Positions 25,601 to 31,997 of a stretch of DNA of 31,997 nt are shown here, in pieces. This stretch comes from a virus (taxonomy: Duplodnaviria; Caudoviricetes). The notes beneath the pieces were generated by a model. That model made no database searches. It was not told the DNA's origin and saw only the letters and a program-made list of their open reading frames with translations. The stretch spans positions 1 through 31,997 of IMG/VR virus record IMGVR_UViG_3300044723_001604, one strand, 5' to 3'. Made by a program: the position numbers and the translations under genes. The number at the start of each line of letters is the position of its first letter. The stretch's first letter is position 1.

Positions 25601-27262
25601 ATGGCAAACAGTTTTGTAAGATATACAGGCAATGGCAGTACCACTGCATACGCTGTACCTTTCAGCTATAGAGCACAAAGTGACATCACTGTTACCATTG
25701 GTGGCTCAGCGACTACAGCATTTACATGGAATGGTGCGGGCACACAAATTACCTTTGATTCAGCACCAGCAAATGATGCTGCAATAGAGATTAGAAGGAC
25801 AACAAGTCAAGGGACTAAGCTAGTAGACTATGCGTCAGGCTCAGTACTGACAGAGACAGTCTTAGATACAGACAGTGACCAAGCATTCTTTATGGCTCAA
25901 GAGGCTATTGATGATGCTGATGATGTTATCAAGATAGAAAATGTTACATTCCAATGGGATGCCACATCTAAAAGAATAATTAATGTGACTGACCCTACAG
26001 GGGCTCAGGACGCAGCAACCAAGAATTACGTAGACACAGGGTCTACATCACAAGTAAACCAAGCAGCTTCAAGTGCATCTGCGGCAGCAGCTTCTGCTAC
26101 AGCAGCGGCTTCATCTGCATCCAGTGCATCCACATCTGCATCCACAGCTACAACACAGGCTTCGACTGCAACAACACAGGCTACAACAGCGACTACCCAA
26201 GCTTCTACAGCGACAACTAAAGCTTCAGAGGCTGCAGCGTCTGCTACGGCAGCTGCGTCGTCAGCTTCAAGTGCATCAACAAGTGCGTCCACAGCTACAA
26301 CTCAGGCTTCAACTGCGACAACTAAAGCTTCAGAAGCATCTAGCTCAGCGTCAGCTGCGTCTACCTCTGCTGCTAGTGCGGCAACTTCACTGGATAACTT
26401 TGATGATACGTACTTAGGTGCTAAATCATCTGACCCATCTGTAGACAATGATGGTGACGCTTTACAAACAGGGGCATTATACTTTAATTCATCTAGTAAT
26501 CAGATTAAATATTGGGATGGTTCATCATGGACTGGTATTGGTGTAAACACCGACATTCAAGTTAAGGTATCTGCTAATGATACAACTGCTGGTTATCTAA
26601 ATGGTAAACTAGTAGCGGGTTCAGGTATTACATTATCTGAAACTAATGATGGTAGTAATGAAACGCTATCTATAGGTGGAGCAACACTACCTACAATAAC
26701 AGGTATTGCACCTACAGTAGCAACTAATAGTGCTACAGACATTGTTATTACAGGTACTAACTTTGTTATTACACCTAATATTGAACTAATAAATTCTAAT
26801 GGGGCTATCTTTTACCCTAATACAATAGTAAGAAACAGTGCTACTCAGGTAACAATTAATGTTACTTTAGGTACAGACGGTACTTACTTCATTAGACTAG
26901 AAAACCCTGATGGTGGAGCTGTAAGAACAAGCACAGCTTTATTAAACATTTCTGACGCTCCAACCTTTAGCACAGCTGCGGGTTCTCTTGGACAAGTAGC
27001 TGCGGGTGATAGTACCGCTTTTGCTGTAGCGGGTAGCTCAGACTCAACTGTTGCATATAGCTTAACTAGTGGTGCATTACCGTCAGGTTATTCACTTAAC
27101 ACTAGTACAGGAGCTATAACAGGAACAGAAAATGGCAATCCTACACAGGAAACAACATATAACTTCACAATTACTTTGACAGATGCAGAATCTCAGACAA
27201 GCTCAAGAGCGTTTAGCATTACTGTTACAGTAGGAATGAACAATTCAGGACAATTTAACTAA
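25601..27262 (+). CDS. Tail fibre (T7 gp17-like N-terminal anchor, A/S/T-rich stalk, C-terminal Ig-like domains)
   Basis: YTGNG...PF.Y, IRRTT, D...GSVL...LD anchor; DAATKNYVD; IPT-like PTITGIAP; putative Ig LPSG.SLN..TGAITGT. Confidence 0.92.
   Translation: MANSFVRYTGNGSTTAYAVPFSYRAQSDITVTIGGSATTAFTWNGAGTQITFDSAPANDAAIEIRRTTSQGTKLVDYASGSVLTETVLDTDSDQAFFMAQEAIDDADDVIKIENVTFQWDATSKRIINVTDPTGAQDAATKNYVDTGSTSQVNQAASSASAAAASATAAASSASSASTSASTATTQASTATTQATTATTQASTATTKASEAAASATAAASSASSASTSASTATTQASTATTKASEASSSASAASTSAASAATSLDNFDDTYLGAKSSDPSVDNDGDALQTGALYFNSSSNQIKYWDGSSWTGIGVNTDIQVKVSANDTTAGYLNGKLVAGSGITLSETNDGSNETLSIGGATLPTITGIAPTVATNSATDIVITGTNFVITPNIELINSNGAIFYPNTIVRNSATQVTINVTLGTDGTYFIRLENPDGGAVRTSTALLNISDAPTFSTAAGSLGQVAAGDSTAFAVAGSSDSTVAYSLTSGALPSGYSLNTSTGAITGTENGNPTQETTYNFTITLTDAESQTSSRAFSITVTVGMNNSGQFN
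26063..26389 (+). repeat. Ala/Ser/Thr heptad repeats (ASTATTQ-type) in the tail fibre
   Basis: About 109 codons. The block AAASATAAASSASSASTSASTATTQASTATT occurs twice. Confidence 0.9.
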
Positions 27263-28632
27263 TGGCTAATTCATATTTAAGTAAGACACCAAGTGCAAGT
27301 AACAGAAGAACCATGACTTTTAGTGTATGGGTAAAAAGAAGTTCATTAGGTCAACAAGTTATTTATGGTGCTGGTAGTGATAGAGCCTTTTTGGATTTTA
27401 GTTCAAGTGATGCATTACAATTTAGAGGATTTAATGGTAGTGGTTATGACTTCTTAATGGTTACTAACAGAGTATTTAGAGATACTTCATCTTGGTATCA
27501 TATTGTTGTAGCAATGGACACTGAACAAGGAACAGATACAAACAGAATTAAGATTTATGTTAATGGTGAACAACAACTTTCTTTTAGTACATCAACTTAT
27601 CCATCACAAAATTATGATGGCGTGTTTAATAGCAATGTAGTGCATGAAATAGGTAGAAATAATAATGGAACAACACACCATTTTGATGGACAAATGGCTC
27701 ACTTTAATTTCGTAGATGGAACTGCATCAGCACCAACAGTGTTTGGACAAACTGATAGCACGACAGGAGAATGGCAACCAGTACTTAGCCCAGCAGTTAC
27801 TTATGGAACTAATGGTTTCTTTTTAAAATTTGAAAATAGTGGAGCATTAGGCACAGATAGCAGTGGCAACACTAATACATATGCAGTTAATGGAAACTTA
27901 AAACAATCTATATCAACAGCTACTAATTTGTTTGCTACCTTTAATGCTAATCACAGTGGAGCTGGACAGCAAAATGTTATAAGCATGGCTGGTACACAGG
28001 TAGACCATGCTAATGATACTTATCAAGCTAAGATAACTTGTGCAACATTAGGTATGCAAAAAGGTAAGTGGTATTGGGAAACAAAATTATCTACATCAGG
28101 TGGTAATACATATATTGGATTTGTTAGAAATGGTGGTATAGATGCTACCAAAAATATAAGAGAAAACAAAAGTCTTGGAGATGGTACTGATGCTAACTCA
28201 TGGAGTTATGCAGTTACTACTAGGTCTGGTGCTGAACTTAAAGTAATTAGACATAATAATGCTGATGCAGTATCAACTTATGGAGCTGATATTTCAAATG
28301 GAGATATCATACAAACTTGGTTAGATTTAGATAATGGTAAGGTTTGGTGGGGTGTTAATGGAACACTTAACACTGTTAGTGGGACAGCTAATCCAGCAAC
28401 TGGTGCAAATCCTCATATAACATTTACAGTTGGAGATGAGTTTTATATACCAGCAATATCTATGTTTGGTTTTAGTGGAGCTCCACAACTTCAAGCAAAC
28501 TTTGGTGAGGGTAGATTTGCAACGTCAGATTTAAGCTCAGCAGTAAATGATGCTGGTGGCAACGGAACATTTGAATACGACCCATTAGGATTCTATTCTA
28601 TATGTACAAAGAATTTAAAAGATTACGGATAG
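27262..28632 (+). CDS. Tail-associated receptor-binding protein with LamG/ConA-like and SPRY-like beta-sandwich domains
   Basis: TFSVWVKR, FRD.SSWYHIVVA.D, KIYVNG, GKWYWE, LDLDNGKVWWG.NG, ANFG. Confidence 0.8.
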   Translation: MANSYLSKTPSASNRRTMTFSVWVKRSSLGQQVIYGAGSDRAFLDFSSSDALQFRGFNGSGYDFLMVTNRVFRDTSSWYHIVVAMDTEQGTDTNRIKIYVNGEQQLSFSTSTYPSQNYDGVFNSNVVHEIGRNNNGTTHHFDGQMAHFNFVDGTASAPTVFGQTDSTTGEWQPVLSPAVTYGTNGFFLKFENSGALGTDSSGNTNTYAVNGNLKQSISTATNLFATFNANHSGAGQQNVISMAGTQVDHANDTYQAKITCATLGMQKGKWYWETKLSTSGGNTYIGFVRNGGIDATKNIRENKSLGDGTDANSWSYAVTTRSGAELKVIRHNNADAVSTYGADISNGDIIQTWLDLDNGKVWWGVNGTLNTVSGTANPATGANPHITFTVGDEFYIPAISMFGFSGAPQLQANFGEGRFATSDLSSAVNDAGGNGTFEYDPLGFYSICTKNLKDYG

Positions 28633-28641
28633 GAGAATCAT

Positions 28642-29769
28642 ATGGCATATACAACAGTAGCAAAACCCAAAGCACACTTTGATGCAGAAACTTATGAAGG
28701 TAGCTCATCAACAAAAACTATAAGTGGAGTTGGATTTAAACCTGATATGGTTTGGACTAAAGATAGAACAGAAGCACACGAATGGGGTTGTTATGATTCT
28801 TCAAGAGGAGTTTTAAAGTGGATTCAAACAAACCATGCTCAATCTCAAACTGCAACAAACGATATAACTTCAACTGCTAACGATAGAGGAGTAGCAAGTT
28901 TTACTTCTGATGGTTTTACAATACAAAACATGACAGCAGACCCAATAGGAAACAAGAATGGAAATCAATTCTTAACTTATATGTGGAAAGCAAATGGTGC
29001 AAGTAAGACTACAAACAATGCTGGTGCAAATGGTGCAAGTATTGCATCAGTTTATCAAGCTAATACAACCAGTGGTTTTTCAATAATTGAATACACAGGC
29101 ACAGGTTCTACTGGAACTTTGAAACATGGACTTTCTGTTTTACCTAAATGTATAATGATAAAAAGATTAGATGCTAGTGGTAGTTGGCAAATTTATCATG
29201 GTTCAACTGTGGTTACTTCAGACCCACAAACAGATAGCTTTTCATTTGATACAAGTGCTGGGGCTACTGATGATGCTACTGTATGGAATGATACAGCTCC
29301 AACAACATCAGTCTTTACAGTTGGTACTCATGCTAGTAGTAATGCTAGTGGTGGAAAATATGTAGCTTATGTCTTTGCACAAACTCAAGGATTTTCTCAC
29401 TTTGGTTCATACACTGGAGTAAATAATAATGCTGATGGTTCTATGGTTTACACAGGGTTTAGACCAAGCATGGTTATTGTTAAAAGAAGTGATAGCACAG
29501 AAAACTGGTTCATACAAACACTAGCTGGTACACAGATTGTTAAAGATGGTAGTCAAGGTATACAAGGAAACCTTATAGAAGAAAAATTATTGCTTAATAC
29601 TGCTGTTGTTGAAAATAGCACTCAAGGTGATGTTGATTTCTATTCAAATGGATTTAAACCAAAAGATACTGATGGGGGACATAACTATACAGACTACAAA
29701 TATATATACATGGCTTTCAGTGAAGCAAGTATTGTAGGAACTAACGGAACAATAGCGTTGGCATACTAA
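28642..29769 (+). CDS. Tail-fibre-associated repeat protein
   Basis: Three degenerate repeats (GF.PD.VW.K.R, HGL...P..I.IKR.D, TGFRP..V.VKR.D) each ending Y..Y.(W/F); AGGAG RBS. Confidence 0.75.
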   Translation: MAYTTVAKPKAHFDAETYEGSSSTKTISGVGFKPDMVWTKDRTEAHEWGCYDSSRGVLKWIQTNHAQSQTATNDITSTANDRGVASFTSDGFTIQNMTADPIGNKNGNQFLTYMWKANGASKTTNNAGANGASIASVYQANTTSGFSIIEYTGTGSTGTLKHGLSVLPKCIMIKRLDASGSWQIYHGSTVVTSDPQTDSFSFDTSAGATDDATVWNDTAPTTSVFTVGTHASSNASGGKYVAYVFAQTQGFSHFGSYTGVNNNADGSMVYTGFRPSMVIVKRSDSTENWFIQTLAGTQIVKDGSQGIQGNLIEEKLLLNTAVVENSTQGDVDFYSNGFKPKDTDGGHNYTDYKYIYMAFSEASIVGTNGTIALAY

Positions 29770-29930
29770 TGGATAACAATTATAAATACATAGCTGAACG
29801 TCTCGATAAATTAGAAAACAAAATAGACAAACTCACTTTTGATTTTGCTAAAGGTAAAGGTATCTTTAGTTTTATAGCGTGGGTTGGCTCTATTGCAGCT
29901 ATAATAACAGGATACTTTTACTCAAAATGA
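29769..29930 (+). CDS. 53-aa coiled-coil plus C-terminal TM protein (holin/XhlA-like; not in the ORF track)
   Basis: MDNNYKYIAERLDKLENKIDKLTFDFAKGKGIFSFIAWVGSIAAIITGYFYSK. Coupled upstream (TAATG) and downstream (ATGA). Confidence 0.75.
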   Translation: MDNNYKYIAERLDKLENKIDKLTFDFAKGKGIFSFIAWVGSIAAIITGYFYSK

Positions 29931-30358
29931 TACCTATTGAATTATTGAGTATGTTAGGTAGCACCATTTTAGGCGGGATTATGTCTATCATGGCACAGAA
30001 AGGACAAGCAGAAGCTGAAAGACAAAAGATGCTGATGCAACGTGCTGGCTTTGCAGCTAAACAAACTGACAAAGCTCGTAATGTTACAGATGCTCACACA
30101 AAACACACAAGAAGAGCCATTGCACTTATGTGCGTATTCTCTATTATTGTCGTGCCTATTGTTGCCCCAATCTTTACTGATGTAACTGTGGTTTATCAAA
30201 TCATATCTGAAGTCGACTCAGGCTGGTGGATATTTGGTTCAAGCTATGAGACATCTGTTTGGAAAGAAGGTAACTCAATCTTTATAACAAGCCTACAATC
30301 ACACACAATATTCTCAATTATAGGATTATATTTTGGTGGAGCTTTAACAAAAAAGTAA
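29927..30358 (+). CDS. Membrane protein, putative 3-TM holin
   Basis: Hydrophobic N-terminus, TRRAIALMCVFSIIVVPIVAPIF and C-terminal IIGLYFGG. Position of the T7 gp17.5 holin; ATGA overlap at 29927. Confidence 0.6.
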   Translation: MIPIELLSMLGSTILGGIMSIMAQKGQAEAERQKMLMQRAGFAAKQTDKARNVTDAHTKHTRRAIALMCVFSIIVVPIVAPIFTDVTVVYQIISEVDSGWWIFGSSYETSVWKEGNSIFITSLQSHTIFSIIGLYFGGALTKK

Positions 30359-30385
30359 AACAAGAATAAACAATGGAGATAATAA

Positions 30386-30508
30386 ATGCCAATAAAACAA
30401 GAAAAGAACCAAGAACAGATGTATCTAGAGGAGAAGGAGAAACAAGAGGAAGAGCTGAAAGCCCTACTCAAACAGCTTCTACTGAAACTAGTCAGGTACT
30501 TGGATTAG
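30386..30508 (+). CDS. Possible 40-aa hypothetical protein
   Basis: GGAG at 30375-30378 then MPIKQEKNQEQMYLEEKEKQEEELKALLKQLLLKLVRYLD. An overlapping frame (30373-30519) is also open. Confidence 0.45.
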   Translation: MPIKQEKNQEQMYLEEKEKQEEELKALLKQLLLKLVRYLD

Positions 30509-30521
30509 GAGTCAAATAATA

Positions 30522-30737
30522 ATGGATGAAGATAAAAAAGAAGAAGTAAGCAAGATTGTAGAAGAGTTACCCGTGTTACTAGTGGCTCACGCATATAGAA
30601 AGCTTAAGTCAGGTGAAGAGGTATCAGCCTCTGAGATGAAAGTATGCCTAGATATATGTAAGACTTACTCACAACCTGACATTGTAGAGAAAGCTAATAA
30701 CATACTTGAGGACTTACCTTTTGATACAGAAGAATAA
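30522..30737 (+). CDS. Terminase small subunit (T7 gp18-like)
   Basis: Position before TerL; KLKSGE.SASE......LEDLPF pattern; AGGAG upstream. Confidence 0.8.
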   Translation: MDEDKKEEVSKIVEELPVLLVAHAYRKLKSGEEVSASEMKVCLDICKTYSQPDIVEKANNILEDLPFDTEE

Positions 30738-31997
30738 GATAGATAACTTTAAGAATTTTTTGTACTTGGCTTGGAAGCACCTTAATCTTCCCCAGCCTAC
30801 TCCAATACAATACGATATAGCAGACTATCTACAGTCACCTGACAAACGTCTAGTAATAGAAGCGTTTAGGGGTGTAGGTAAGTCATGGATTACAAGTGCT
30901 TTTGTATGTCATCAACTGTTAATGAACCCACAGAGAAACATACTGGTAGTATCAGCGTCTAAAACTAGGGCTGATGACTTCTCAACGTTTACTCAAAGGT
31001 TAATAGCAGAGATGCCTATACTATCTCACTTGATACCCCGTAATGAACAAAGGCAATCTAAGGTATCCTTTGATGTAGCCCCAGCTAAAGCTTCACATGC
31101 ACCGTCAGTGAAGTCTATGGGTATTACAGGTCAACTTACAGGGTCTAGGGCTGACCTAATCATTGCAGATGACGTAGAATCAGCTAATAACTCACAAACA
31201 CAGCTAATGCGTGACCGCTTAGGTGAGACTGTAAAAGAGTTTGATGCGATTATTAAGCCTAAAATAGGACGTATTATCTTCTTAGGTACACCACAAACAG
31301 AGATGTCTTTATATAATGACCTAGAAGAACGTGGTTTTAAGACAAGAATATGGTCAGCTTTGTATCCTGACAAACAACAGACTATTGGTTATGGGCATAA
31401 AATAGCCCCAATGATAGCTGAGGTAGAGGATAAAGAAGGACAACCTACTGACCCTGATAGATTCAACGAGATAGACCTAATGGAACGTTTAAGTTCCTAT
31501 GGACGCTCAGGCTTTAACTTACAGTTTATGCTTGATACCACTATGTCAGATGCTAACAAGTACCCCCTTAAGCTTAATGACTTAATAGTGGCATCAGGTT
31601 GTAGTACTTGGGAACAAGCTCCAGCTAAGATACAGTGGGCTTCAGGTCAAGACCAAATCAAAGCATTAGACCCTGAGATACCTAATGTAGGACTTAAAGG
31701 TGATTACCTTACTTCTTACTTATACATGTCAGATGAGTTTACAGACTTTGAGGGTTCAGTAATGTCTATTGACCCAGCGGGTCGAGGTAAAGATAAAACA
31801 GCCTATTGTGTCCTTAAGATGCTACACGGTGTCTTATACTTGACTGCTATAGGTGGTCTTGATGGTGGATACTCAGAGGATACTTTACGTAAACTAGCGG
31901 GTATTGCTAAGTCACATAAGGTCAACGAAATAGTCATTGAGAGTAACTTTGGTGATGGTATGGCAACACAGCTTCTAAAGCCCATATTAGCCGAAAT
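30721..31997 (+). CDS. Terminase large subunit (T7 gp19-like), truncated at the window end (missed by the ORF track)
   Basis: TTG start with GAGGA at 30708-30712. Walker A AFRGVGKS, Walker B IIADDVE, GTPQ, nuclease SIDPAGRGKD, ESNFGDGM. Confidence 0.97.
   Translation, partial: MIQKNKIDNFKNFLYLAWKHLNLPQPTPIQYDIADYLQSPDKRLVIEAFRGVGKSWITSAFVCHQLLMNPQRNILVVSASKTRADDFSTFTQRLIAEMPILSHLIPRNEQRQSKVSFDVAPAKASHAPSVKSMGITGQLTGSRADLIIADDVESANNSQTQLMRDRLGETVKEFDAIIKPKIGRIIFLGTPQTEMSLYNDLEERGFKTRIWSALYPDKQQTIGYGHKIAPMIAEVEDKEGQPTDPDRFNEIDLMERLSSYGRSGFNLQFMLDTTMSDANKYPLKLNDLIVASGCSTWEQAPAKIQWASGQDQIKALDPEIPNVGLKGDYLTSYLYMSDEFTDFEGSVMSIDPAGRGKDKTAYCVLKMLHGVLYLTAIGGLDGGYSEDTLRKLAGIAKSHKVNEIVIESNFGDGMATQLLKPILAE

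Noticed and set aside
26073-26417. 114-aa Gln/Leu/Arg-rich alternative + frame ORF
   Set aside because: An artefact of the A/S/T codon repeats in the tail fibre.
24987-29365. Short alternative-frame + ORFs at 24987-25181 and 29171-29365
   Set aside because: Nested within long supported genes, with no convincing RBS or motif.
31556-31572. Promoter-like ACAAGTACCCCCTTAAG inside TerL (also partial AGTACCC near 6209 and 21110)
   Set aside because: Intragenic, lacks both the TA start and the TAG end, and is explained by the protein sequence (KYPLK).
622-31985. All minus-strand ORFs in the track (e.g. 13115-13471, 19607-19975, 26026-26292)
   Set aside because: They are antisense shadows of well-supported + strand genes, with no recognisable motifs. 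T7-like genomes are unidirectional.
1-31997. CRISPR array, tRNA, intron/intein, integrase or alternative genetic code
   Set aside because: No spaced direct repeats or cloverleaf seen. polA, nrdA, helicase and TerL are uninterrupted and of normal or short length. Genes tile densely in the standard code with all three stops used.

Overview
The whole window is the middle and late part of a T7-like podophage genome (Autographiviridae type). It is low-GC, and all real genes are on the + strand. Gene order: single-subunit RNA polymerase (5'-truncated), ssDNA-binding protein, endonuclease I, a gp3.5-like amidase, a ribbon-helix-helix protein, primase-helicase, small ORFs including a PD-(D/E)XK nuclease, DNA polymerase A, 5' exonuclease, a DUF3310/gp1.7-like protein, class Ia RNR (nrdA, nrdB), small virion proteins, portal, scaffold, two tiny basic proteins, major capsid, tail tubular A and B, gp13-gp16 internal virion proteins, a three-gene tail-fibre module, two membrane (holin-like) proteins, and small and large terminase (3'-truncated). 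RNAP directly followed by SSB, plus an RNR, resembles marine T7-like phages; the host cannot be read from the sequence. Four copies of a 17-nt phage promoter (TAAAGTRCCCBTYWTAG) and a T-phi-like terminator are visible. The most notable observations are: (1) apparently complete restriction-site avoidance that removes whole dipeptides (PG, GP, WP, PW) from the proteome; (2) a gp3.5 lysozyme with three catalytic or zinc-ligand positions substituted, next to an Arc-like RHH gene and a phage promoter; (3) three tandem 'MC...GL(S/N)I' mini-proteins; (4) unannotated very basic peptides and a structured leader before the capsid gene. All counts are by eye and need computational confirmation.
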